From Candidatus Caldarchaeum sp. (GTDB lineage: Archaea; Thermoproteota; Nitrososphaeria_A; Caldarchaeales; Caldarchaeaceae): 64,000 nucleotides of DNA. A model generated the notes under the pieces. That model saw only the letters and a list, made by a program, of their open reading frames with translations, searched no databases and was not told the origin of the DNA. Each line of letters opens with the position of its first letter. Position 1 is the first letter of the stretch. The position numbers were made by a program, and so were the translations under genes. The DNA lies in contig JAWBRA010000003.1 in assembly GCA_038844785.1 (NCBI GenBank), positions 5,363 to 69,362 of the forward strand, read 5' to 3'. Below, in pieces: positions 45,286 through 54,752 of this stretch.

Positions 45286-45897
45286 TCACGACCCTGTTTT
45301 CTGCTCGACGGCTACAGGCTGCAGCATTCCAATCTTCAAAACCTTACTCTTGACTATTCCGACATGGCGGGGAAGAACTATTTTCTTAACTTGGTTATAG
45401 ATGTCTGACGCGGTTTTGCCTAGGACCATCTCCTGAGCCAGCTGGTCATGTGTAAGGTTTGAAGCAGCTTCCTCCAAGATTCTACGCATAATCATACGGA
45501 TCGCTTTCTTCTTAGACGACGACGTACGCGACGTGGTGAAAACGGTTGGGTAAACTCGAAGGCTGAACCCGTCTTTCGTTACAACGTCAAAGATGTACTC
45601 TATCTTGTTGGTTCCTCTTTTAACAAGGCTGCGCAGGTATTCTCTTCCGTATTGATGGCCGTAAAAAACTGTGTTGCAGATGCTGTCTTTCACGTCAATA
45701 ATTTTGAAGTTTATGAGCATGTACTGTTTGGTAAAATCGTCAGTTATTGCGTAAAGGCTTGTTCTCAACACCCTGCCTATGAGCTTTGATGGGTCGTCAG
45801 CCATGGTGCTGCCCAGCCATCTCCCGCCGAAGTATGGCGGCGAGTAGATTTCAAACGTCTTTTTAGGCTTCTTCTGTTCGGAAGACTTCTTAGACAA
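45286..45897 (-). CDS. rps3ae: ribosomal protein S3Ae (eS1)
   Basis: KKTFEIYSPPYFGG...KIEYIFDVVTKDGFSLRVYPTVFT. The TATA element ctatatatt at about 45923-45932 lies about 30 nt upstream. Confidence 0.85.
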   Translation of the reverse strand: MSKKSSEQKKPKKTFEIYSPPYFGGRWLGSTMADDPSKLIGRVLRTSLYAITDDFTKQYMLINFKIIDVKDSICNTVFYGHQYGREYLRSLVKRGTNKIEYIFDVVTKDGFSLRVYPTVFTTSRTSSSKKKAIRMIMRRILEEAASNLTHDQLAQEMVLGKTASDIYNQVKKIVLPRHVGIVKSKVLKIGMLQPVAVEQKTGS

Positions 45898-45939
45898 CCC
45901 TTCTCAACCTGTTTACGGACAGCTATATATTTGTCGTCC

Positions 45940-46209
45940 CTATACGCTCTTTAACATTTTATAGATTTTCTCTGATAGCGCGGCCATGCTCAGGACATCG
46001 TCCAACGTGGCTAGCAGCGAAGCCAGCATTCTTCTGCATTCGACGGTGACGACTACCGTGTTGCCATCCAGCGAAGTTTCCACCTCGAGGCCCTTCGGCA
46101 AAGGCTTGTCGTCCGGCTTTATTGAGCTGTACACGGCCTGAGCCGTTTCCGCGTCTTCAAAAACCATTCTAACCACTGACTTGGCTGGCGGTGCTGGCAA
46201 GCTGTTCAC
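45940..46209 (-). CDS. pcc1: KEOPS subunit Pcc1-like
   Basis: 89 aa, VRMVFEDAETAQAVYSSIKPD...GNTVVVTVECRRMLASLLATLDDVLSMAAL matches the Pcc1/CTAG fold pattern. Lies near kae1/bud32. Confidence 0.55.
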   Translation of the reverse strand: MNSLPAPPAKSVVRMVFEDAETAQAVYSSIKPDDKPLPKGLEVETSLDGNTVVVTVECRRMLASLLATLDDVLSMAALSEKIYKMLKSV

Positions 46210-47620
46210 CCAGGGCCCTGTCGAGGTCTGCGAGAAACCTTATTATCCTGTCGGAGGGGATTTCAGCTCCAGCCGCTACGTTATGCCCTCCACCCTTGCC
46301 TCCGTAGGATGCGGCTAGGCGGGAGAGAAGCGTTCCCAGGTTTACCCCTCTGTCAACCAACTGTTTGGGTGCACGTGAAGAGATTTTGACCATCTTCCCA
46401 GCTGTCGCAAAAGCCACCAAAGCCTTGTCAGACGGCAGAAGACCTGAAGAAGAAATTATGGAGGCTATTGAGCTCACCTGCTTCTCATCTATCACGTCGC
46501 CGCCTTTCAGAACTATTATATGGTTTAACTCTTCGATGACGCCTGGCCGCGCTACGTAATCCATTGCCCGTGCAAGGCTGGCGCGGTACTCCTCCAACAC
46601 CCTCTGAGCTTCTTCTAAGACCTCGGCCCTAGCCCCCATCGCGACGACTATTCCCAGCCACGGTTTCCCAGTTTTACCGCAGGCGTTCAACAATGTTGCG
46701 AATTCTCTGGCATCCCTTAGGTACGTCCATAGCTCTTCCTTAACAAGGTCATAGGCTACTCCCACGAGCTCCTCCGCTATGCTTGATGGCAGGCCGTTGG
46801 AAACGAGGTATTCTATAAGCCCGTTGTAAAGTTTTTTCTTCTCTTCCTCCGTAAGGTCGGATAAGGTGCGCCATTGCTCCCCCTCTTTCAACGGCAGCCC
46901 CAAGCTTGATAAAAAGCTGTAGCAAGCATCTTCGCGACCGCTCAACCCAGGGATGTAAGGGCTTGTTGTTGAAGCAAGCGCCGCATGCAATGGTCTGAAG
47001 GTTCGGCCGTACAGGATGATGTCTTCACACGCCTCGAGAACGCCTGCTCTAACTCCATCTTCCACTATCAAGCTGTTCAACCCGTGAAGCCTTCTGCGGT
47101 TGTCCTTATCCTGCAAGTCTCCCAAAGCACCCACCACGGCCACAGCTGAGTAACGTATGTTGGACGGGTTCAATGCTTTGCATACAAGATATGCCACGCC
47201 TGCAGCGCTTATCTCTCTGGCTCCGTCAAACCCATAGTGATGGGGGTTGACATGCACCCATCCGCTCGGCGTTTCAACATCCCTAGGCTCGTGATGGTCG
47301 AGTATCACAACCTGCTTGCCAGCAAGAAGTTTCGAAAGATCTTCGAGATAGCCGCTGCCGATGTCGGTGAATATCAAGGCCTCCGATTCGACGTATCCTT
47401 CGTTAAGGAGCTGGATGAAGTCGTCTATCCTGTTGAGAGACCTGACTCTGTACCGAGCGTCCTCTTCTCTTAAAGCGCCCGCCACTATCCCTGCGGAAGA
47501 AAGGGCGTCAGCGTCGTTGTGCGTGAAAATGTCTATGAAAAAGCCTTCTCTAACCCAGTTTCTTATCTTAGCGGAGGCGGCCTCAACCGATTTGAAGAAC
47601 CGAGCCGTATCGCCTGTCAA
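46169..47620 (-). CDS. DHH/DHHA1 phosphoesterase, RecJ-like (GAN/Cdc45-type)
   Basis: Motif I HNDADALSSAGIV, the DHH motif ILDHHEP, and DHHA1 GGKGGGHNVAAGAEI. Confidence 0.65.
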   Translation of the reverse strand: MTGDTARFFKSVEAASAKIRNWVREGFFIDIFTHNDADALSSAGIVAGALREEDARYRVRSLNRIDDFIQLLNEGYVESEALIFTDIGSGYLEDLSKLLAGKQVVILDHHEPRDVETPSGWVHVNPHHYGFDGAREISAAGVAYLVCKALNPSNIRYSAVAVVGALGDLQDKDNRRRLHGLNSLIVEDGVRAGVLEACEDIILYGRTFRPLHAALASTTSPYIPGLSGREDACYSFLSSLGLPLKEGEQWRTLSDLTEEEKKKLYNGLIEYLVSNGLPSSIAEELVGVAYDLVKEELWTYLRDAREFATLLNACGKTGKPWLGIVVAMGARAEVLEEAQRVLEEYRASLARAMDYVARPGVIEELNHIIVLKGGDVIDEKQVSSIASIISSSGLLPSDKALVAFATAGKMVKISSRAPKQLVDRGVNLGTLLSRLAASYGGKGGGHNVAAGAEIPSDRIIRFLADLDRALGEQLASTASQVSG

Positions 47621-47634
47621 ACTTTCTCAACCAA

Positions 47635-48069
47635 TCATGCTTTTAATGGGTCATACTCTAATGGCAGCACGCCACGCGACTGGTAGTATTTTGTTAACCT
47701 TCTAACCTTCGACTCGATCAGCTGAAGCCTGTGGATGTTATGACCGTCTGATTTATGCTTTTCAAGATGCAGCCTCATTCTCCTGATTTTTTCAAGAAGG
47801 TTTGAAAGATCTTCTGGAATAGGCGGCTTCACCTTGTTTTCCTCCAGTATCTGCAAAATTGTTTTGCCGGTAACAAGCTTTACAAGCGGGACCGCGTACT
47901 GGTCTCTGAGAACAACCCCTATTTTACTCGGCGGCAGCCCTTCCCTCGCAAGCTTCACAACCAACGCCTCAACCTCCTCCGGAGTCAGCTTAACCCAGGA
48001 GGGGGGAAGCTTGCTTAACGGTCTTTTAGACCCGGACCTGCCCCGTCTTGAGGTATGCATCCTAGCCAT
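47635..48069 (-). CDS. rps15: ribosomal protein S15 (uS15/S13e)
   Basis: MARMHTSRRGRSGSKRP...LQLIESKVRRLTKYYQSRGVLP. Start taken at the internal ATG. Confidence 0.85.
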   Translation of the reverse strand: MARMHTSRRGRSGSKRPLSKLPPSWVKLTPEEVEALVVKLAREGLPPSKIGVVLRDQYAVPLVKLVTGKTILQILEENKVKPPIPEDLSNLLEKIRRMRLHLEKHKSDGHNIHRLQLIESKVRRLTKYYQSRGVLPLEYDPLKA

Positions 48070-48658
48070 TTTCTCTGCCCTTGTTCGGCTGTTTACGGAC
48101 CTTATAAAGCCAGCGGCAAAGCTTGCCCACGGAAACACCTCTGTGGCTTATCATGTTCTTCTCATCTGAGGACATTTGGGCGAACGTCTTGTTTTTTCCC
48201 TCGGGTATGAAGACGGGGTCGAAGCCAAAACCTTTCGTCCCCGACGGCTTAACCGCGATAAATCCGCGGCATACCCCCTCGAACGTTTTAGGAGCTGAAA
48301 CCCCATCATAATAGCAGACAGTAGACTGGAAGTATGCTCGCCTGTCCTTGCCGTCCAACATTTTCAATAAGTTTAGAAGGCCTATAGTGCGGTAAACGTA
48401 TGAAGAGTATGGTCCTGGGAACCCTCCTAAAGACTTTATGAAAAGCCCTGCATCCTCGACGAAAACCGGACGTTTTAGGATTCTGTATGCATGCAAGGCT
48501 CTGAAGACAGCTACTTCTGAAAGGCTGTCCGACTGTATCTCCATCGTTTCCCCGTAAAAAACCTTCAACCTCATACCATGTTTCTTGAAAATTCCTCTGA
48601 CCTCGCGGGCCTTACCCCTGTTGGATGTGACGAAGGTGACGTCAGCTTTTGACGACAT
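48062..48658 (-). CDS. non-canonical purine NTP pyrophosphatase (ITPase, Ham1/RdgB)
   Basis: TSNRGKAREV...GFGFDPVFIPEGKNKTFAQMSSDEKNMISHRG. Confidence 0.8.
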   Translation of the reverse strand: MSSKADVTFVTSNRGKAREVRGIFKKHGMRLKVFYGETMEIQSDSLSEVAVFRALHAYRILKRPVFVEDAGLFIKSLGGFPGPYSSYVYRTIGLLNLLKMLDGKDRRAYFQSTVCYYDGVSAPKTFEGVCRGFIAVKPSGTKGFGFDPVFIPEGKNKTFAQMSSDEKNMISHRGVSVGKLCRWLYKVRKQPNKGRENG

Positions 48659-49286
48659 ACCTGCCTCGCCTTCTTATCTCGCTAACCTTTTTCAAAATTT
48701 TTTCAACCTGGCCTTCTCCCGTAACAGAGCGATAGCCATCTAGGAAAAGCTTAACAAAGCTTGAGGATAAGTTGGGAAAAGTGCTTGCGGCAGACCTTTC
48801 TAGAAGATGGATGTCAACGGCCTTCTCCTCCAGCTCCGCGTTGAAGACGCTCAGGCCAAAATCCACCAACCATAGGCCGTCCGAACGGTCCACTATGATG
48901 TTTGAAAGCGTCAAGTCTCCATGTGCGATGTTTAGGCTGTGCATAAGCCCAACAATCTCTCCAAGCCGTACGGCTCTGTCCAAAGGGTTGGATACGAACC
49001 GAAGCTCAACCCCTTCGATCATCTGCATGTAGATGGCTGACTGCTTTAGGTCTAGGAAAAGCAGCAACGGTGCCGGAACGCCGTTCTCTGACAGGTATGT
49101 CAGCGTCTTAGCCTCGTGCACTGTTCTGTTGCGTCTAACTCTAGCGTCTATTGATTCTTGCCTATATCTTTTCGGTAGCCTGTGTTTTTTTACAAGTTTG
49201 ACGTCTTTCCAGAACGCTTCCCTAACCACAGCTTCAGCGCCTACCCTGATTACCCTGCCTTCAACAAAGTCTATCAACTCCAACAA
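48642..49286 (-). CDS. bud32: KEOPS kinase Bud32 (Kae1-associated, RIO-like)
   Basis: LIDFVEGRVIRVGAEAVV..., HGDLTLSNIIV, and LVDFGLS kinase motifs. The probable TTG start forms a TTGA overlap with the kae1 stop. Confidence 0.75.
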   Translation of the reverse strand: MLELIDFVEGRVIRVGAEAVVREAFWKDVKLVKKHRLPKRYRQESIDARVRRNRTVHEAKTLTYLSENGVPAPLLLFLDLKQSAIYMQMIEGVELRFVSNPLDRAVRLGEIVGLMHSLNIAHGDLTLSNIIVDRSDGLWLVDFGLSVFNAELEEKAVDIHLLERSAASTFPNLSSSFVKLFLDGYRSVTGEGQVEKILKKVSEIRRRGRYVVKS

Positions 49287-50257
49287 ACCTCGACCTCGTC
49301 CACCCTCATCCTTGGCTTGACATAGCTTTCTTCCACGTTGACAAGCTTTCCGCATTTGTAGTGGAGGTAGCCGTTCCAAGCTATCATAGCTCCGTTGTCT
49401 CCTGCGTACTCGTCAGGGACAACGTGGAGTGATGCGCCTCTGTCACCGCACATCGTCTGAAGCATTTGGCACAGACGTTTGCTGCGGGCCAGTCCACCGA
49501 CCAACAAAACCTCAGATTTGCCCGACATGGCTAAAGCCCTTTCCGTCACCTCCGTTAACATGCTGTAAACTGTCTCCGTCAACGAGAGACACACGTCTTG
49601 AACAGGTACGCCTGTTGACAACAGGTTTTCGGCAGCGGTCAGAATGCCTGAAAACGAGACATCCATCCCTTTGACTCTGTATGGGAGCTCGTAGACGGTG
49701 CTACCATCGAGCGCGTAGATTTCAGGAGCCGGCATCGGGCCGATGCCTGCAGTTATCCCAAAGGAGTCCAAACAGTTTCCAGCGGCGATGTCAAGGGTTT
49801 CCCCTAGAATTCTGTATCTTTTCTCAACCAACGCCGCTATCAAAGTGTTACCTCCAGCCACGTACAACACCACAGGGTCTCGGCATCCGGTGACAAGTTT
49901 TCCAACCTCTATGTGAGCAACCCCATGGTTTACGGCTACCAATGGCTTCTTCAGGGCTAGCGCTAAAGTTCTTGCAACCGTGGCCCCTGTTCTGAGGCAA
50001 GGGCCCATACCTGGACCCTGGGCGAAAGCTACCACATCTATGTCTCCAGGAGCTATGCCCGCTGTTTGAAAGGCTTCGGATAGGGCTGAAGGCGCGTTGG
50101 CTGCATGCTTCTGCGCGGCCTCACGGGGATGTATACCGCCTTTTTCAGGCTTGTAAACCTTTCTAACGTTAGACAGTATCTCTCCGTCTGAGGTTACAAT
50201 TCCGACTCCAAACGTGTGGGCCGTAGACTCTATGCCAAGAACCAGGGTTTTCCTCAC
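49274..50257 (-). CDS. kae1: tRNA threonylcarbamoyl-adenosine synthase Kae1 (TsaD)
   Basis: GIESTAHTFGVGIV...VNHGVAHIE...ASKR-like motifs. 327 aa, not fused to bud32. Confidence 0.9.
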   Translation of the reverse strand: MRKTLVLGIESTAHTFGVGIVTSDGEILSNVRKVYKPEKGGIHPREAAQKHAANAPSALSEAFQTAGIAPGDIDVVAFAQGPGMGPCLRTGATVARTLALALKKPLVAVNHGVAHIEVGKLVTGCRDPVVLYVAGGNTLIAALVEKRYRILGETLDIAAGNCLDSFGITAGIGPMPAPEIYALDGSTVYELPYRVKGMDVSFSGILTAAENLLSTGVPVQDVCLSLTETVYSMLTEVTERALAMSGKSEVLLVGGLARSKRLCQMLQTMCGDRGASLHVVPDEYAGDNGAMIAWNGYLHYKCGKLVNVEESYVKPRMRVDEVEVCWS

Positions 50258-50316
50258 ACCGCCACATACATAGATGGGATAACTATTAGTGTTGCGTAAA
50301 CATACTTTGGCTGGTC

Positions 50317-52569
50317 ATGAGTTTCCGCGAACCCATCGTCGTGGTGCTTGGCCATGTCGACCATGGGAAATGCGTAAGCCCGGAGACGATGATAAATGTG
50401 GAAAACATGGGATGGTTGAGAGCCGAAGAGGTGTTTAAAAAGTTTGCGGTGGGAGGCAAAGTTCTTAATTTGGCTGACGGCGTGGCCGTCAGACCAGCTA
50501 AACCACCTGTGCTTACAACGTTATCGAGAAAGCTTGAGCCAAGACGTGCATGCGCATCACTGATCTGGCGTAGAACCCCGCCTCCGGAAATGGTGAGAGT
50601 TCATTTCACCAACTCGGAGTCTGTGGAAACCACGCCCGAGCATCCTTTCCTAGTGGAAAAACGAGGAGTGGTGCGGTATGAAAGGGCTGACCGGCTTAAA
50701 GTCGGCGACAACGTTCTCGGCATGTCAAACAAGTCTCTAACGCTTAATAGAATTGAGCAGGTGGAAACTTTCAAGCCGAATTACTCCTACGTGTATGATT
50801 TCACCGTGCCGGGAACCCATCATTTCCTCGCAGAGAACATCTTTCTCCACAACACATCGCTTCTGGATAAGATGCGTGGCACGGTGGTGGCTGCGAGAGA
50901 AGCGGGAGGCATTACACAGCACATAGGAGCCACTTTATTTCCGGTGAAAGCTATAGAAGAGACCTGCCGACTCCTGCTGGGAGAGCTGAACGTCAGGCTG
51001 GAAATCCCGGGAATCCTATTCATAGACACACCTGGACATGCTGCTTTCTCAAACCTAAGAAAAAGGGGTGGGTCGATAGCCGACATGGCTATCCTTGTCG
51101 TCGACGTCATGAAAGGTGTTCAGGAACAGACGAAGGAAAGCATCCAGCTTCTCAGGTCTAGGAAAACGCCTTTTGTTGTTGCGCTCAACAAGATTGACAT
51201 GATACCGGGATGGAGGCCAACACCCTCAGCCCCATTCCAGAAAACATACGCAAACCAGCAGAGGGGGGTGGCGGATGACCTCGAAAATAGAGTCTACAAC
51301 CTCATGGGCGACCTTAGCTTTCTAGGCTTCAAGTCCGACCTCTACACGCGGATAAAATCCTTCACCGACACCGTAGCCATAGTTCCCGTCAGCGCTAAAA
51401 CAGGCGAGGGGATACCGGATTTGCTGCTCCTCATTCTCGGGCTGGCCCAGCAGTTTATGAAACAGCGTCTGAGACGTGTGTCCGGGCGTGGAGAAGGCGT
51501 TATACTTGAGCTGGTTGAGGAGGAGGGGCTTGGCGCTACAGCCAACGTAATACTTCACGCGGGAGCCCTCAAGGTTGGAGACAGAATAGCTTACCTGAGC
51601 AGGAATGGCCCAGCTGTTACAAGGGTCAAAACACTTCTAATGCCAAAGCCCTTGGAAGAGATAAGAGACCCGCGCGAAAGGTTGAGGAGTGTGGAGAGCG
51701 TACAGGCCGCTGCAGGCGTGAAGCTTGTAGCAGAAGGGTTGGAGGAGGCGGTCGCAGGCTCGCCTGTGCTGGTTGTCGTTAATGAGTCAGAGGACCTGCG
51801 GAGGATTGCTGAAGAAGCTCAAGAGTTCATGATTTCTACTGACAAGACGGGAATAGTTATCAAAGCAGACACGCTGGGCACGCTGGAGGCGGCGGTCACA
51901 TACCTGAGGGAGAAGGGTGTTCTCATACGTGTGGCTGACATCGGAGATGTATCAAAAAAGGACGTTGTCGAAGCGCATGTGGTTGGACAGAAGGACGAGC
52001 TTCTGGGCGTCATTTTGGCCTACAACGTCAAGGTTGACCAAGAACTGGAAAAGGAAGCCAACAGCAGAGGTGTTCGAGTCTTTAAAGGGGATGTGTTGTT
52101 CAGAATTGTGGAAGAATACGAGAGATGGGTTGAGGAAACCGTACGTCAAAAACAGTTGGCGGAATTCGAGACTTTGACAAAGCCGGGTAAGCTGAAGGTG
52201 CTGAAAGACTATATCTTCAGAAGAAGCGAGCCCGCGATAGTTGGCGTAGAAATTCTTGCAGGCGAGATAAAGCCTGGCATCCGTCTAGTTAACACAAACG
52301 GGAAAATCGTCGGCACAGTATCCCAGCTGCAGGACAGGGGGCAGCCTCTGCCTTCAGCCGGTAAAGGAGCTAAAATAGCGATATCGATAAAGGAGGGGGT
52401 AGTAGGACGAAACATACACGGCGACGAGGTTCTATACGTCTATGTTCCAGAACGGGATGCGAGACAGCTTTCAGCAAACTACGCAAGCTTACTGGATGAA
52501 GCCAGTTTGAAGACGCTGGAGGAATTTACGGAGATAATGAGGAGACAAAACCCCCTATGGGCACGGTAG
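50317..52569 (+). CDS. infB: translation initiation factor aIF5B (IF2 homologue), containing a mini-intein in the P-loop
   Basis: Extein: VLGHVDHGK|...|TSLLDKMRGTVVAAREAGGITQHIGAT, followed by the G domain, domains II-IV and the C-terminus. Confidence 0.9.
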   Translation: MSFREPIVVVLGHVDHGKCVSPETMINVENMGWLRAEEVFKKFAVGGKVLNLADGVAVRPAKPPVLTTLSRKLEPRRACASLIWRRTPPPEMVRVHFTNSESVETTPEHPFLVEKRGVVRYERADRLKVGDNVLGMSNKSLTLNRIEQVETFKPNYSYVYDFTVPGTHHFLAENIFLHNTSLLDKMRGTVVAAREAGGITQHIGATLFPVKAIEETCRLLLGELNVRLEIPGILFIDTPGHAAFSNLRKRGGSIADMAILVVDVMKGVQEQTKESIQLLRSRKTPFVVALNKIDMIPGWRPTPSAPFQKTYANQQRGVADDLENRVYNLMGDLSFLGFKSDLYTRIKSFTDTVAIVPVSAKTGEGIPDLLLLILGLAQQFMKQRLRRVSGRGEGVILELVEEEGLGATANVILHAGALKVGDRIAYLSRNGPAVTRVKTLLMPKPLEEIRDPRERLRSVESVQAAAGVKLVAEGLEEAVAGSPVLVVVNESEDLRRIAEEAQEFMISTDKTGIVIKADTLGTLEAAVTYLREKGVLIRVADIGDVSKKDVVEAHVVGQKDELLGVILAYNVKVDQELEKEANSRGVRVFKGDVLFRIVEEYERWVEETVRQKQLAEFETLTKPGKLKVLKDYIFRRSEPAIVGVEILAGEIKPGIRLVNTNGKIVGTVSQLQDRGQPLPSAGKGAKIAISIKEGVVGRNIHGDEVLYVYVPERDARQLSANYASLLDEASLKTLEEFTEIMRRQNPLWAR
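50371..50853 (+). mobile_element. 161-aa mini-intein inserted in the aIF5B GxxxxGK|T P-loop
   Basis: Begins Cys (CVSPETM...), has block B TTPEHPF, ends ...VYDFTVPGTHHFLAENIFLHN, and is followed by +1 Thr. There is no room for a homing-endonuclease domain. Confidence 0.85.
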
Positions 52570-52610
52570 CACCATGTTTAAATTGATGAGATAAAAAGGT
52601 CTGCGGAGAA

Positions 52611-53021
52611 ATGTCACAGCAGGCAGCCGGCCCGCGGATGGTTGTCTCAGATCCAGCGGTGAAAAAAGCTACAACAGTCCAGCTAAACCCTCAGCAGTTT
52701 AGGCTGTTAATCGGAAAGAAGATAGGCGATGTTTTAGATGCCTCAGCCTTTGGGTTTAAGGGTGCTATGCTAAAGATTACAGGAGGAACAGACAAGGACG
52801 GCTTCCCTATGAGGCCAGACGTATCCGGCCCCCGGAAAGTCAGGATTCTTCTTTCAGGCGGAGTTGGCTACCATCCAAGGAGAAAGCCTCCGTCGAAAAA
52901 GAAAAAGACTAGGAACAGGAGGCCGGTAAAAGGTGTCAGGAAAAGGGTTACGGTGAGAGGAAACGTGATAGGCGAGGCTATAGCGCAGATAAACGCGGTT
53001 TTGCTGAGGAAAGAGGGTTGA
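52611..53021 (+). CDS. rps6e: ribosomal protein S6e
   Basis: VQLNPQQFRLLIGKKIGDVLDASAFGFKGAMLKITGGTDKDGFPMRPD. Confidence 0.85.
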   Translation: MSQQAAGPRMVVSDPAVKKATTVQLNPQQFRLLIGKKIGDVLDASAFGFKGAMLKITGGTDKDGFPMRPDVSGPRKVRILLSGGVGYHPRRKPPSKKKKTRNRRPVKGVRKRVTVRGNVIGEAIAQINAVLLRKEG

Positions 53022-53314
53022 GCATGTCTGTCATTTCAGCAAAGATGACGGAGAACAAGCTCATAGGAAGAAGGGTGGTGTTGGCTCACGTCAGCTACCA
53101 GAAACCCTTGACAAGGGATGAGATGAAGCATGTGCTCGCTGAATACTTTAAAGTAGACCCGTCGAACGTCGTAATCAGAAAGGCAGACTTTATAACGGGA
53201 ACAAAAACAGTAAACATCCACGCCCACATATACGGCTCCGTCGAAGACATTAAAAAATACGAGCCAACCCATATACTCATTAGGAATAAGATAGTCGAGA
53301 AGGTGAAGAAATGA
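53018..53314 (+). CDS. rps24e: ribosomal protein S24e
   Basis: ENKLIGRRVVLAHVSYQKPLTRDEMKHVLAEYF...IHAHIYGSVEDIKKYEP. Confidence 0.85.
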   Translation: MSMSVISAKMTENKLIGRRVVLAHVSYQKPLTRDEMKHVLAEYFKVDPSNVVIRKADFITGTKTVNIHAHIYGSVEDIKKYEPTHILIRNKIVEKVKK

Positions 53315-53469
53315 GCAAAAAAGGTCTGTGGAACCGTTATGTCCTGAAAAACGGGGTGCTGCATAGAAGCCTAACATCATGTCCTAGATGTGGGCCAGGG
53401 TTTTTCATGGCTGACCACGGCAACAGGCTGACTTGTGGAAAGTGCGGCTACACAAAATTCAAGACGTAG
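53311..53469 (+). CDS. rps27ae: ribosomal protein S27ae (eS31, C4 zinc ribbon); below the ORF cutoff, found by hand
   Basis: MSKKGLWNRYVLKNGVLHRSLTSCPRCGPGFFMADHGNRLTCGKCGYTKFKT*. ATGA overlap with rps24e. Confidence 0.75.
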   Translation: MSKKGLWNRYVLKNGVLHRSLTSCPRCGPGFFMADHGNRLTCGKCGYTKFKT

Positions 53470-53980
53470 CTTCTTCAACAATCTTTTTGACAAGCCTCCA
53501 AACACGCTCTCCTCCTCGTACAACGACGTATCCTTTCCCTGGCTGTCCGTAAACAAGCAACCCTGATTCAGGAAGCGCCGACAGCGCAGGTAGGGCGAGC
53601 AGGTCTTCTTCACCGTCGACAAGCACAGCTCCCCTCCCTGCCTTAACCGTCTCAACCACGGCCGCCGCAGCCTCAGGAGTTATTGACCCTGCTGGGTTTG
53701 CGACATGGCGGACCTCATAGCCTTCGATGTTGGGCATCCCCACCTCCCGTCGTTCAACCTTCATGTCAACTATCACGACGTCTGGTTTAACGCCGAGGCT
53801 TAAAAAACGTCCGAACGTATAATCGCCAACGACAACCAAAGGCTTTGCTTTGGTAAACTCTTCATCAAGCCTTAAATCCCCATACCGCAGTTCTCCGAGA
53901 GGTGTTCTAAGCCTTTCTTTCAACCTCTCGGAGAAGAAGATTACTTTGTTCCAAAAAGGTTCAGTCGACTTTGACGGCAT
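53459..53980 (-). CDS. GTP-dependent dephospho-CoA kinase (DUF359/COG1909 family)
   Basis: LVVVGDYTFGRFL...VVIVDMKVERRE pattern, in the conserved position next to spt4/rpoE. Confidence 0.6.
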   Translation of the reverse strand: MPSKSTEPFWNKVIFFSERLKERLRTPLGELRYGDLRLDEEFTKAKPLVVVGDYTFGRFLSLGVKPDVVIVDMKVERREVGMPNIEGYEVRHVANPAGSITPEAAAAVVETVKAGRGAVLVDGEEDLLALPALSALPESGLLVYGQPGKGYVVVRGGERVWRLVKKIVEEATS

Positions 53981-54152
53981 ATCTCCCAGCTTTCCTTATG
54001 CCCAGCTCTTTAGCTATCTGCGACTTTTCCACGTCCAAGATTATCAGTAACCCTGAGAAGCTTGTGCTTAGATTAGATGAGCCGCAGGCATCACAAACGT
54101 CCCCAACGACTATGCGTCTGCAGTTCCTACAGGCTTTAGCTCTGGCCGACAC
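53961..54152 (-). CDS. spt4: transcription elongation factor Spt4 (RpoE'')
   Basis: ACRNCRRIV..CDACGSS zinc ribbon and a NusG-binding C-terminus, 63 aa. Confidence 0.75.
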   Translation of the reverse strand: MSARAKACRNCRRIVVGDVCDACGSSNLSTSFSGLLIILDVEKSQIAKELGIRKAGRYAVKVD

Positions 54153-54153
54153 A

Positions 54154-54705
54154 TTACTGCACCGCCTTGGCCTTCTCCTCCTCCACCCACTTCAGCGAAC
54201 CCATCAGAGGCTGGCGTGTGACAAGCGAAACCTTGCCCCCAGCCCCGCCTGCAAATGAGACCGCGTTTATCCTAGCCCTTACATCATCCCCGACCGTAAG
54301 CTTTCGCCCAGACTTCTTCCCTAACAGCATATTGTTTTTGTCGTCATATGTTATGAAGTCGTCCATGATCTGCGATATGTGCAGGAGCCCGTCAAGGGGC
54401 CCGACTCTGACGAAACATCCGAAATCCGTTATTTCAACAACCTCCCCCAAAATCACCTCGTTAACTTCAGGCATGTAGGATAACAGCTTGAAAGTACATC
54501 GATGGTAGGTTGAGCCATCCCTCGGAAGTAGCCGGCCGATTCTCTCAACCTTGGCGTCAACAACCATCACCACATACCCCAGCTCCTCATCAACAGCTCC
54601 TTCATATCTTTTCTTCAAATTGTTCAAGACAACTTGGTCTAACGGCTTACCGAATTCGCTGGGCGATATTCCCACAACCTCCATTGCCTCGACAATTGTA
54701 AACAA
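54154..54705 (-). CDS. rpoE: RNA polymerase subunit E' (Rpb7 homologue, S1 domain)
   Basis: TTG start; EFGKPLDQVV...GEVVEITDFGCFVRVGPLDGLLHISQIMDD. The TATA element tttataaa lies about 30 nt upstream (54733-54741). Confidence 0.85.
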   Translation of the reverse strand: MFTIVEAMEVVGISPSEFGKPLDQVVLNNLKKRYEGAVDEELGYVVMVVDAKVERIGRLLPRDGSTYHRCTFKLLSYMPEVNEVILGEVVEITDFGCFVRVGPLDGLLHISQIMDDFITYDDKNNMLLGKKSGRKLTVGDDVRARINAVSFAGGAGGKVSLVTRQPLMGSLKWVEEEKAKAVQ

Positions 54706-54752
54706 TGTTTACACACCTTTCACTTTCCCAGTATTTATAAATGAGCTCTTCT

